From NCBI GenBank assembly GCA_040437565.1, contig JBDOQK010000006.1, positions 620,001-684,000 of the forward strand: a stretch of 64,000 bases of DNA, written 5' to 3'. The position numbers and the translations under genes are program-made. The notes below the pieces were generated by a model. That model did not search any database. It was given only the letters and a program-made list of their open reading frames with translations, and was not told the DNA's origin. Origin of the DNA: Albugo candida. Lineage: Eukaryota. Of this stretch, positions 35,701 to 47,990 are shown piece by piece. Within the stretch, counting starts at the first letter, position 1. Each line of letters begins with the position of its first letter.

Positions 35701-38700
35701 GAAAATAGTCTGGAATCTCTAATGCTACTGTGTCAACAGGACTACTGAATACCCAACCAAACTTGTGCTCCATCATTCCTTTCAGTAATACTTCCAATCG
35801 TTTCTTCAATTGAGGCATTGGTAAAGTTGCATTGTAATTCATCACAAGAGATTCAATGTGCTTTCGAAGATTTTCATTGCTGAGTTCGTTCAGCATCGAA
35901 GTTGAGACATCTGTTGCATTTGGAATCGAAGCAGTGGAATTTGTGGTAGGTAGAGGCCGTCGTGATGAATCTTTTCCCGTTGGAGTAGACATTGAGTTCA
36001 GACATTTTTTATCGCGGCTGTTACGTTCAGTCTTTATTTCCAGTTTCTCGTCGTTTTCCTCCTTTTCACATTTCACGAGATCCTCACTGATTTGCTTCTG
36101 CTTGATCTCTATCGACTGTGTGCTGCTGTGGAGCACAGCTTCGGCGGTAGATTGCATTTTAGCATCAGAATGCTTTCCCACCAATTTACACGAAGAGAAT
36201 TTTGGAGTTTTTGATTCGGCAGGTTGCCGTGTGTCCTGCAACTCGATTGGCATTTCCAGCGGTTTATCACTGTGAAAATCAGTGATGTCGGGAGAGACCA
36301 CCGGGAGTACAGACAAATTTATCACTTCTTGTTGATTCGGCTGAGATGGATCTGTGTGTGTCATATCGTCCATCGGAATGGGCACAGGGCCATTTGCTTG
36401 TAGCCAAGAAGCTGGTCTTTCGTGGGATGGCTCTGTTGAAGCCATCTGGCCAGTATGGCCCTCCATCGGTGCTGATGATATCATCCCATTAGAGCCTGCT
36501 GAAAAGCCATTTTGCTTGGAAGAAATCACAGTTTTCACGAGACGATGCTGCAGGCTACAACGCTTATACTTTGTATCCAAAGTCTTGAGCGTCCCTTTCT
36601 TCGTTGCAACTTGTGCGTTATATTGTGCTTTTATGTTTGCATCCGTACAATTACTTGCAATGTGTATCATATGCCGACATTCATTGACAATACTATTCAT
36701 TTGTGCACGGATTTGACTTCCCCAACCTTCTACACGCTGACAATGCGCCAGGAGTTGATTCAAAGACCATAATTGGATCTTTTCGTGTATGACAGCAAGT
36801 TGACGTCGTTCTTCTTCTGGTACATTATGGAAGATTGACGGATCCTCAGCCGGAACTGACGCTTTTTGACTTGGTTGCATACAATTTGAATCTCTGTCCG
36901 TCGAAGCTGCGGAAGATGGTCGACTTTGACTGACTGCGTGGGTCGTAGAATCAAAGGTTGCTGTATCACTCGCTATTGCCCACTTGGCAGACTGCAGGGA
37001 TTCCATACCAGCAGTATTGCTCTTATTGAAGCCATCATGAGAATTGGGAGGTCCTGGCACGGGAACAGAGGGGCCATTTGATGTTTGCAGCGAAGCCATT
37101 GCATGTGCTCGACGATTTTGTGTGATGGAAACAATCTGCTGCATTATTCGATCAGCATCAAGCATCAAAGTTCCATTCTCTTCCTTCACTTCCACAGGAA
37201 AGTGAACCACTTGACATACCAAACATTTTGCATTTACGCATTGCTGAAAGTGAGAGAGAACATAGCGTGATGACAGACAGTGACTGACTTTACAATAATG
37301 TGTGTCTTGACATTGGCTCATATGATCCCATAGACGTTTCATTTCTCTGCAGACTGCCAAGACCTCACATTCTGGCTTTGTAGACTTGCACCACATTGCA
37401 TGACGCAAAATCAATAGTCTTTCTTGCTGCCGTCGTAATACATTCCTAGACTCGGCATTCTGAGAGATCTCGGTGACTGTGATGGATTGTAATTTACGAT
37501 GATATTCACGAGTTCGAGCTTCCGCCAACGAAGATGTGACTTGATGTGCTTTTGCCCGAAATTGTCGTATGATGAGAGCAGATTTGCCTTGATTCGCTGA
37601 CACTGTCATAGAGCCCGAATTCGTGTGCTTGAATGAGTCTTGTTGTGTTTGTGTGTAGTAGTGTTCTGGGGTGGGTTTGGAAGACGACTGCGCTATTCGG
37701 GGAGTTTTTTGTTGCTGAGGCATACCGTTCAAGGCGTGGCGTTGATCCTGTAGTTCTGCCGGCATTTGAAGAAGTTGATGTTGGTAGTGTTGATTCATCA
37801 TCATTTCCTGATAGTTTACTTGGGGCATATTTGCTGTAGGCGCAGCGCTTGGCGCTGATTGAGTCTCTCCAGGGAACGGAATCGGTGAGAGGTCTTGCGT
37901 CGATCCTGATTGATTTTGGCCTTCTCGATTTGATACTGCCATCGGTATAGCTGATTTTGGTGGTTCTGTCTGACTTGGTCGTGGCCCTTTTTGAGCCGCA
38001 CGAACAATAGAGCGAAGACGTGAATGCAATGTATTCGTGTTGGCATATTCTTCTCGATCAACAGCTGTTCCATAACATTCTTCTTCTAAACGTTTTGCCA
38101 TAGCAGGAAGCTTTTGCATCCAGCCCGCCGATGAATTTTTCTTTTGAGCTTGTAATAATCGTATGATATGATGAACCATTTCCTTTCGTAAAATATGATC
38201 AGCTGGAGAATGCCATTGTTGATGCTTGATTTTCATCGTGGCCTTACCTTGCGACTGAGAATTTGGTGTCCCCATTGTAGTCGTTTCTTCCATTGTCACA
38301 AAGTTTTGATGTCCATTATGTGAGTGTGAAGTATGAGCTTCATTTCGAATCATTAAAGACTGGCGATATGCTGATTGTGCCTGTTGTGCTTGTAACAGCG
38401 CATTTTGCTGTTGTATAGCTGCCAAATGTCTCTGTTGTTGCATCATTCTCAAATACTGTTGTTGTTGTTGTTGTTGTTGGAAATTAATTTGACTCATCGC
38501 ATTGATTCCATCCGAATTCATGTGGTATGCTAGTTCACGCATTCTTTGCGTATCCGGCTGATGATACATTGTCGTTCTTGGTGCAGATGCTTCTTGGGCG
38601 TATCCGATGTCATCGACCATATCGAAATTGAGGGAATCACCATTCGATAATTGTTGTGTGTGCGTATCCACTTGCATCATTCTTTCGTTTGCGGCACGTA

Positions 38701-39404
38701 ATTCGGTTGCTGTCTTATCTAAAGAAGCTGGGAAGGGAATGGCTATGTACAATGAATCATCAATAGACTCCGTGGTTGTCGCTGGTATTGTATCGGAGCT
38801 CGTCAAAGAAGATGTGCTAATAGGAGCACATTTCTTTGGTGAAGCAAATTGGTTCTGATTTTGTGTTTTTGGCTTTGGTGATTGCAGCTCATCAGGAAAT
38901 CCAATGATCCCTTCCAATTTATTTTCAAACGGTGAGTTACTTATTGTCATCAGTGTGTCGTATTCCAAACTGTTTATCGATTGACTCTCATTCATTGCGT
39001 GATTATTAGGATCAGCGTTTGGATAAGTGGGTAGTGTATCCATATTCATAAACATTCCATCCATTTCGACGTTTGAANNNNNNNNNNNNNNNNNNNNNNN
39101 NNNNNNNNNNNNNNNNNNNNNNNNNNNNNNNNNNNNNNNNNNNNNNNNNNNNNNNNNNNNNNNNNNNNNNNNNNNNNAGCTCATCAGGAAATCCAATGAT
39201 CCCTTCCAATTTATTTTCAAACGGTGAGTTACTTATTGTCATCAGTGTGTCGTATTCCAAACTGTTTATCGATTGACTCTCATTCATTGCGTGATTATTA
39301 GGATCAGCGTTTGGATAAGTGGGTAGTGTATCCATATTCATAAACATTCCATCCATTTCGACGTTTGAATTGCTGAGTTCATTGACAAAAGAGTCAGACT
39401 TCAT
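32750..39404 (-). CDS. CBP/p300-family histone acetyltransferase (KIX-like, TAZ1, bromodomain, PHD, KAT11 HAT, ZZ, TAZ2)
   Basis: RQQERLLILRHA (TAZ1); WVFSSPVD...IPDY...PMDLGT...FDNAKMYN (bromo); EPWVQCDTC...HQVCALF (PHD); RRVYISYLDSV, HLWACPP..GDDYILYCHP, LPYFEGDYW (HAT); CKTCPDFDVC (ZZ); C-terminal TAZ2. The likely start is MKSDSFVN at 39404, once the duplicate flanking gap 39078-39177 is collapsed. Confidence 0.95.
38456..38479. repeat. (CAA)n / (TTG)n microsatellite encoding poly-Gln in the CBP/p300 gene
   Basis: tgttgttgttgttgttgttgttg on the + strand; QQQQQQQQ in the protein. Confidence 0.85.
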
Positions 39405-40146
39405 TCACGAATTGTATAGACAGACACGCTGGTATCAAAAAGAGCGAAAAATGAAATTGTTATGGTGTATCCCTCCAGAAATATGTAATTGCGAGGATCG
39501 CTATATCGTTTTATCTGCAGCTTGCGTGAATGGCTCTACGAATGACGTTAGAGAGGACAGACCGGCTGCAGAGTTCAAATTGCGCAGTGATGCAGGGAAT
39601 GGATGATTGCGAATTGCTTTGGAGAGTATATATATATTTACAAGAATCACAAGCGCAGAGCAAAGTGCTAAGGCGTCACAAGGTTGTGAAAACAGGTCTT
39701 TTTTAACTTGTTTTCTTCTCGTCCGGCCTAGAGTCGATGATGAGTTGTGATTTTGGCTCACTTATGTAATTACGATGAATAATGAGATAAGCTATTTATG
39801 TAAATACATCTTGATATCTAGCTTAGATTGAGACTTTCGTCGATCACAATCCAGTGTCTGCGCGGGTATTGCATTGCATTTACATAAATGAGACCATGCA
39901 TATTTGCGATATTACGCTTCTGGCACCTCTACCTTTTACGATCCGGACAATGACATTTCGCGGAAGAAAAAACAAAAACACAATCGTTTATGTAGCCTCT
40001 TAAAATAGCGCGTTATTTTATCGCAATTGCACGTGCTAACAACATGAGCAAAAGCGAGTGCTATCACACGCACACAGGCGGATCTCAATATAGTATCCGA
40101 ATGTAAATGCATACCTGCTCGATTGCATTCCGCGACAATGCTGTTT

Positions 40147-40743
40147 TCAAAATGTCAAGTCCTTGACAGGAATACGGTTGATACAATTGGGTGATAATTT
40201 GTGCTGAAGCCGCAATTGTGCTGTGATGGTTTTGAATTTCGCTCGAATTAATTTTAATTGCACAATAATGTCTCCGATGTTATCGTTCTATAAGCATTGC
40301 ATTTTGTTAATGTTTGCTGCGTTGGTCATTGTAAAATTCTTGCCTCAAGTGAGACGGACTTGACCAATGCACCAAATGCACAAATTAGCTTGGAAGCTCG
40401 TGGGCTATTAGTGATAGATTACGTTCAGTGGCGCGATCACCGCTTCAATTTGAAAAAATGGCTACGTTAGTCTGTGGTTCTCGTCTGTACATGTCGTCAT
40501 TTGCGCCCAAACAATATAACAGCCATGGTAGAATCCAAGCTCATCTCCAAGCTCGGCACCTTTCTCGCATCTAAACGCGCAAACAAGTCATCAATCATAT
40601 TACTTGAGCTATTGAACGAACCCGAGCGAATAGCCTTCTTTGTAACCTATTTCTCTTCCGTACTCTATTCCAACCTTTTCACTGTCAGCGATAACTTGCC
40701 CTTCCCATCCAGCAATGCTGTCAAATGCTGCATTGATATCCAT
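40147..40743 (-). CDS. LTO1: LTO1/ORAOV1-like CIA adaptor protein (Yae1_N / deca-GX3 motif); 4 exons, 142 aa
   Basis: Exons 40743-40622, 40570-40466, 40404-40344 and 40287-40147 total 429 nt and read MDINAAFDSIAGWEGQVIADSEKVGIEYGREIGYKEGYSLGCEKGAELGDELGFYHGC...IRAKFKTITAQL...DLTF*. This shows the GxxxG repeat, the IRxKFK motif and an L-x-F C-terminus typical of LTO1. Absent from the ORF track. Confidence 0.85.
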
Positions 40744-40901
40744 TGTAACCACTTAACAGGTACTGATTTATGCTGGAAATGCATTTCACGCTTAAGTAGC
40801 CCATACATTTATGCATACAAATACATTTGTCACACAAAATGGTAATAATGTATCAATTGGAGCGCGCATGTAGACACCTTTTGATCACACATTCCGAGGA
40901 A

Positions 40902-43280
40902 ATGGAGTCGTTGGTCAATGAGAGACGCCTGCAATTGATGAAGGAAGCAGGACTTTTCAATTATCGTCACTTATTACATCCATCGCTTTGTCAGATCGCA
41001 CAGAAACTTGACTTATCTATTGCTGACACTGAAGTGCGTTAACCATCTATGGAGATGTCTGCGTGTCGTATTGAATCTCAGTGATTCTTTAGCGATTCAT
41101 TGAAAGCATTTCGCTCTATATGGCACCAACTCGGCGGACCGCTTTTGAAGTATTTCTTGCCAATGTGAATCACCCGAAACAGCTTCGAACAAATCTATCG
41201 AGTCTCGACACGGCTTTGGGAGGAGGACTGCATCTAGGAGCGATCACAGAAGTATATCTGTTCTATCAGTAGCGATTTGAAAGTTATACACTTTTTTGTA
41301 GATCGCTGGAGTTGCTGGTGTCGGGAAAACTCAGTTTGCAATGACTGTAGCCATACAGATTTTATTTGATGAGATTTTGGTCACAAAGGAGGGAACGTCG
41401 ACTGTCATTTACTTTGATGCGGAAGCAACTTTCAATGTGGAGCGGTAAGGTAATTTGATAGAATCACCATCGCCGTTTTTGACACAAATGAATAGACTAG
41501 AGCAGATTGCAGCAACGATGCTGAAAACCCGGAAAGGTTTCTGTCGAGATTTTCGAACGCAAGATCTATTAAATCGGATCGTTATCATCAAGCTGGACAC
41601 ACTAGCGCAATTCCTGACAAAGTAACTGTTCGTTGCGATCATTTTCTGATCTACGTGCTCATTCATGATGACCGCAGATTGCTGAAAATCGGTCAAAACT
41701 TCTCAGTAGTGTCAAGCACGAAGCTTTTGATTGTAGACTCGATCGCAGCTTTATATGTTCATGTAAGAAGCTCTTGNNNNNNNNNNNNNNNNNNNNNNNN
41801 NNNNNNNNNNNNNNNNNNNNNNNNNNNNNNNNNNNNNNNNNNNNNNNNNNNNNNNNNNNNNNNNNNNNNNNNNNNNGGACCGCTTTTGAAGTATTTCTTG
41901 CCAATGTGAATCACCCGAAACAGCTTCGAACAAATCTATCGAGTCTCGACACGGCTTTGGGAGGAGGACTGCATCTAGGAGCGATCACAGAAGTATATCT
42001 GTTCTATCAGTAGCGATTTGAAAGTTATACACTTTTTTGTAGATCGCTGGAGTTGCTGGTGTCGGGAAAACTCAGTTTGCAATGACTGTAGCCATACAGA
42101 TTTTATTTGATGAGATTTTGGTCACAAAGGAGGGAACGTCGACTGTCATTTACTTTGATGCGGAAGCAACTTTCAATGTGGAGCGGTAAGGTAATTTGAT
42201 AGAATCACCATCGCCGTTTTTGACACAAATGAATAGACTAGAGCAGATTGCAGCAACGATGCTGAAAACCCGGAAAGGTTTCTGTCGAGATTTTCGAACG
42301 CAAGATCTATTAAATCGGATCGTTATCATCAAGCTGGACACACTAGCGCAATTCCTGACAAAGTAACTGTTCGTTGCGATCATTTTCTGATCTACGTGCT
42401 CATTCATGATGACCGCAGATTGCTGAAAATCGGTCAAAACTTCTCAGTAGTGTCAAGCACGAAGCTTTTGATTGTAGACTCGATCGCAGCTTTATATGTT
42501 CATGTAAGAAGCTCTTGTAAGCTGCAAGACGTATGGGTATGATGAAAATTCGTCTCAGTCGATAGACGAATCGTTGACGAAAAAAGAGTATTGGCTCACG
42601 AGGATCGCACGCGAGCTCAAGTAAGTAAAGTTCGTTTTCGAGCAGAGCAGCCTCATTGTTGCATGCAGATTTCTGAGCGACAACTTTCAGATCTGTGTGC
42701 TGATGACAAATCGCGCTGTGTCTTCTATGACTGAAAGTAATACCTGCGAAGCATTACTGATACTCGTGAGGTCTACAGCTCAATCTTTATGACAGTTGGC
42801 GTCGAGGCACTAAGGCCTTCGCTAGGAGATATCTGGTCGCATTATGTGACGTATCGTGTAAGACATACGCTCTATGTTCGATGTTTCTGTCAGATGTGCC
42901 CATATTGATTTCTGCATGCAGTTAAGTCTGGAATGGGATCGAAATTTCCGTCTCTTGTCCATAGCCAAGTCACCTTCCACCAAACGTGAGCGGATCCAAT
43001 TTGTAACTATAAATGTATGCCAAGTCGGATTACTTATTTGAAAGCCAATCAAGCTTTCTGTGCATAGGACGAAGGTGTGTCAGAAATCCGAGAAGCTTTG
43101 CCAAGAACGTCAACCACAGATGCATTCGACATATATGATGAAGCAATTGTTGACATAGAAGAGGATCCGAAACGTAAGCTGCAGCCGTCGTCTTCAATTT
43201 CCACTACAATAGAAGATACCCCACGAATGCACGGCAATTGTTTTGATGAATTGGTGGCAGAATCGAGTCAAGAAACGTGA
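40902..43280 (+). CDS. RAD51 paralog (RAD51B-like RecA-fold ATPase), many short introns
   Basis: Spliced exons give LRTNLSSLDTALGGGLHLGAITE|IAGVAGVGKTQF (Walker A), VIYFDAEATFNVER, KLLIVDSIAAL (Walker B), VLMTNR, RPSLGDIWSH and SIAKSP. Bases 41877-42517 duplicate exons across a gap. The paralog assignment is from memory. Confidence 0.85.
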
Positions 43281-43388
43281 GCACGAGCAATGTACGATAG
43301 CAATCGCATGGAATTCTTGGGTGATAAAGCAAGCTTTCTTTTACTGTATTACAGCTTTGTACGTTTTCTTGTCAATATTTCTAGAGAC

Positions 43389-43886
43389 TCAAGCCTTCAA
43401 AGCAAATCGACGCTTTGGAAAATAAGCTTCCTTCTTCTGCTGTTTGACGGTCTTGATAGACTTTTCGTGCTTGGTAAGTGCGCGACGCATGGCTCGCGTT
43501 TTCTTACGACGAAGATCTAAAGGAACGTGCTTCTTACTCCCTAAGGCTTGACGCAACTTGGCTTTCTGCATTTGATTGTAGACAGTCAAGACACGCGCAA
43601 TGGATTTGCGGATTCCTTTAATTTTGGAAAGCTTGTTACTTGGACCAGCAGTGACATTGAGAACTCGAAACTTTGGCAGAGAAATAGTTACAAATGGTTT
43701 GAGATGTTGCAGGAAGAGGATGATCAATGTACCTGAGCTAATTCTTGCTGGAAATCATCCAATTGGCGAAGCAATTCTGTTTTACTTTTTGAGCGCAATT
43801 CGTGAGCCTTGATGGGTGCTGTTTGAAAAGTAAGCGTCATTTGATGCATACGTTCATGAACAGATAACTGTGCATAGCTTACCCAT
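43389..43886 (-). CDS. RPL35: 60S ribosomal protein L35 (uL29), 3 exons
   Basis: [39 protein letters not shown]...[18 protein letters not shown]...[21 protein letters not shown]...[10 protein letters not shown]. Confidence 0.97.
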
Positions 43887-44647
43887 TATGAGAATTTAAA
43901 GTGAAGAATTAGCTTCTGACAGATAAGTTGCTTTATCGATTTGCCGACTACACCACTCACTTTGCTAGCCAATCAGAAGCAGTAGCCTTCGAGTCACTTT
44001 CGAACGACATTGTCTTCCTTGGCGGAATCAGACGACCGGAATGCTATTTTAGAAGATTATGTGCTTCGTTGCTTTATATAGGCTAAACACGTCTACGGAA
44101 TGGGCATTTACGTCCGAATCGAATACACTACCTCACCAAAATCGTGTAACACAACATCAACGGTGCTGAAGTCTAGTACTAGCCCCATAAGCTGCCCTAG
44201 ACTTGTCTTGATCCTGATATCTAGAAGAAATACGATATTGAAAATTGTTGTATATAATTGATAGCTTCCAGTCTCTTAGCTGGCAAATCGTGTTTGACAT
44301 CTCTCATCCGACAGGCTCTCTACCGTACGCATCACGCATCAGCTCCACAGTCACGAAGCTGCGGGCTCACTGAAATCGTAAAGTCGCTGTATAGTAACGC
44401 AACATTTATTCACGCTATCGTCAATGACCAATTCTGGTAAGCAGATTTTTTCAGGTAGAACGCACTTATAAGAATAATTGTTTTGCGTTGCAAAGTGCTT
44501 ATGGTGAAGTGCTTATGGCAGAATCAGTTCTCATTTGCGTAGTGCACGGTGACGTACGAATAGGAGACGGTTGAAGTTATCTATTGAGTAATATTACAAT
44601 GACTCTGCCAAATTCTTACATCCAAATGTCAATCAGAAGTGTTTCAT

Positions 44648-44755
44648 GACAGAAATTTCAATGATCGCGCGTATAACGCACAAGATGGTAAAGATAGCTC
44701 GCAATGGTGGCAAATATACATCTTCTGGCTATCCTTACAATCAGCAAATGTAAGA
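44648..44755. repeat. Dispersed repeat of about 110-120 bp, copy 1 (copy 2 at about 55388-55510)
   Basis: tgacagaaatttcaatgatcgcgcgtataacgcacaagatggtaaagatagctcgcaatggtggca versus tgacagaaacttcagtgatcgcgcatacagcgcaaaagatggtaaaggtaacttacaatgatggca. Confidence 0.8.
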
Positions 44756-44783
44756 TGTAGCATAAGTGAAGACTACATATGAC

Positions 44784-46111
44784 ACAAGTTACGTAGCACA
44801 TGATATCAAGCATCATGAACAGTTGGTTGCACGTTGATCATCCACTTCCATTTTGATGCACTCCTTAAGTGATGTCGGCATCATAGCTCGTCCAATGTGG
44901 CAATGTCGTGATATGTCATCGGAAAGCTATAACGGCACCTGTTGCATGCGCCACGAGATATCGCGATTTCCGGTATCCAAATCGAGCAATGATAAGCTAT
45001 GAGATTTGAACTCAATGTCCAAGTATTCGGCTTCTGGCTCTCGCAGTTGTCATCGCTTTGTTCGCAATGCAAATAATTCAGCTGAATACAAGGTTTCCAA
45101 ACACGACCATCAAATGCTCTCAGCCATACATTCGCCAAGCTCTTGTAAGATATACATCCATTCTCCATCGCTATCGTTCCAAGGCTGTAGCGATACTTGA
45201 TTCCTTTAAACCGTTTCTGAGATGGCTACGGATTGCGGGGCTCCCGTTTCTTTATATATCTCTGCCTTCCGATCTTGCTCAAACATGCTATCCTCTTGTT
45301 CTTCCGCATGTCTGGTTTGCACAAAGCTATATCCTGTACCATCGCATGTTTCCTATCGTTTTATAATCAGATAAATTTGAAGAGTTTTCTGGAGATGTGC
45401 CAAGTCAGGACTCTGAATCACTGCAATCGTTCGTACTCGAATGTATTTCATTGGCTTGTATAGCCACATTGTATGCATCTCAAAATGAATGATANNNNNN
45501 NNNNNNNNNNNNNNNNNNNNNNNNNNNNNNNNNNNNNNNNNNNNNNNNNNNNNNNNNNNNNNNNNNNNNNNNNNNNNNNNNNNNNNNNNNNNNNGCGTAC
45601 GTGTTGGCGTTGTCACCGTTGGAGGTGTGCGTAGTACAAATCCACCACCGACACGCTTCAAAGTCGTCGGCAGAGTCGCATTCCAAATGGAAGTCGTGGT
45701 AGTCTTTCTTGTTTGCTGCATGTTGGAACAATAGTTAGTATCTGTAAGAAAATAAAAGGAACGACACAGACAGATATTGACCTGACCTCGCGAGTCTCTT
45801 AGCATGATTCTGCATGCTGATTGGAGACATTATACCTTTGGAAAAAGGCCGCGCTTTCTGAGTATTGGGAATCGGACTCGCGATCAGCGGATGAGATGGA
45901 CATGTCAATGAGTATATCTCATTTTGTGTGCCTTTTACAACGTCTGAATTGATGCAAAGGACACACATGATCAGATATACTCATGGATATGTGCAACTCA
46001 TGCAACGCGAAAGCTATTTTTAGATTCGGCGGTAAGGTCTACCGTGAATTCCAAGAATAGCGGTGGCGTGGGTATGTCGATGGTATGACATGGCCCTCCT
46101 ATTAGAGGTCT
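44784..46111 (-). repeat. Repeated cassette copy A (degenerate WLYKP ORF, gap, Thr-rich ORF start, upstream element)
   Basis: 44784-45494 is colinear with 61468-62252. 45770-45970 matches 63397-63595 (gtctcttagcatgattctgcatgctg...ggagacatt...aaaaggccgcgctt...ttttgtgtg...ttgatgcaaagga). Confidence 0.85.
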
Positions 46112-46573
46112 CTTATACATAGACAATGTATGTTGAGTTGATGGATTGTTAGTGTCGATGTAATGGCAGCAACATGATCGTTACCTAACACGGTTACAAA
46201 AGCAGGAAACAATAGCAAGTGTATGCATGAGATAAATTTACAAATATGATTGCAGTGTAACATAAATAGCCCTACTACAACGACTCTAATGCATTCAACC
46301 CGTCGTGAGGAGCGTGCTTTATCGTACTATTTTAATCGAGATAGCGTTTCCGCGCGATGCGGTGTTGTCTGAGTGAAGATGTTTGTACGATATGCATGAT
46401 TCCAGTTGAAACATCATCAATGCATGCGGACAAGCTCTTTAAAGATTGACTAGATTCGTTGATGTAGCGATACGAAAAGGAAAGTAAGGGAAAGACGATG
46501 CCAGAAAACGCTTCGTAATGATTTGTATCCGATCGGGGAGGGGCCGTTATACATATGCACAAGTACAGAAACT

Positions 46574-47990
46574 TCAGCAAAAATCAGTGCTTTGATATAT
46601 AGAGTGGGTCCAAACCAAATGATTGCCTGCAGATAGAAGCGGGACGTTCCATTCTTCGACGCTTTTCGCAAACGTTGTCTGGAAATGAGAACAGACTGGA
46701 TCGAGTACGAATTGAGGTCGATTTTGATGATGTGATCCATCGAATGAGAGGCACAATTTGTGCTTGCTGCTGTATTTCTCAAACATCTGAATCGTGCATT
46801 CCGGTCTTACAATATCCGCTTCAGAGCAATGCACAAAGAGGCAAGGGAGATGAGTGTTTTCCAATGCATCAATGGGTTCCACATCTCCAACAGAGAATCC
46901 AGCAACTTTGGAAATGGAATTAGCAATGATCTTCGAAGCTGGACGAGTAAGTAAAACTTAGTGTGAATTACCGACAGAGCAGCGGAAGAAGCGTACCTAC
47001 TGTGTTTGTGTCTGGAGGAAAACGGAGGCTGCGCTTATGAGCACTTTTCATGTCCACAAGCATCCAACTCAGGTCAGAATAGATGCTATCTAGTGCAATC
47101 GCAAAGATGAAAGAGTTTTCATGCTCTACAGGATACGCAATGAGAGTCATCGTGAGCAATGTATCAAGTGGAAGCAGAGAAGATGTCACGCTACCTTCAT
47201 GTTTGGCTAGGGACTGTATTCCTCGAATCACAAGAGTACTGTTCGATGTCTTTGCGAATTTACTTGTGATATGACGGACCGTGGTTGGGTCTTGCTCTCT
47301 GACATCTTCGCCATTAACTGGCAGGATTTCCAACATTGCAGCCGTTACAAGACGAGAGTTTTTCTTCTTTTTCGAAATCGCCTTCTCCAATTTAGCATTC
47401 CATGACACCAACAAAGTAGCACAAGATCTGGTGAGCATCGCTGTTGGGCAAAGTAGTCGTTTCGTTGCGTGATAATAGTACAGCAGTAATGCTGCAAATC
47501 CAGAGGCCTTCATTTGAACCGTAAAGAATCTGAATCTAGCAGCCTCACGGAGAAACATAAGTGTCGAAGCGCCGCCCATTTATCTTCCCCATATCCCGAC
47601 TTTGTACTCTGACTTGACACAATACAAGTACTTAACCACCGTCCGCGAGTCATTCTTTTCATTGTAGCCGAATGAGATGTACTTTCCTTCTGAGACTCCT
47701 ACATAATGAAAACGACTCATTGAGACCAATCTAAAGTGTGAGTAGCAGCGTAGTCCTACCAGAAACCCGCACAATCAAACGCAAAGAAAGAAAAAGCAGC
47801 GTTAAGAACTGCGTGTCGAATGGAGAGAGCTTCTAGACGTGACGATGAGATACCATGAACGTATACAATGCATGGCTGCTCGAAAACGGGAGCCTCGTTC
47901 TCCCGATTTGTGGTTCAGAAAAGCTGCACTTCATGCATTCAATTCGTGCATTCCGAAGCTGTAAATATTCACAAACAATGCATTCATTTC
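46574..47990 (-). pseudogene. Alpha/beta-hydrolase (ABHD / S9-like) pseudogene
   Basis: QPCIVYVHGISSSRLEAL; frameshifted FFAFDCAG; VSEGKYISFGYNEK; GIWGR*MGGAS with a TAA at the nucleophile Ser (47580-47582); ALDSIYSDL; PCLFVH...FDGSHHQNRPQF. Confidence 0.82.

Noticed and set aside
39178..39220. CBP/p300 start MKINWKGSLDFLMS from the ORF track
   Set aside because: An out-of-frame reading of the duplicated segment; the coherent start is at 39404.
40474..40845. 123-aa plus-strand ORF
   Set aside because: Antisense to the LTO1 exons; no recognisable motif.
41137..42517. Apparent tandem duplication of RAD51-paralog exons
   Set aside because: Identical sequence on both sides of a 100-N gap; the same pattern recurs at 11 gaps, so it is an assembly overlap.
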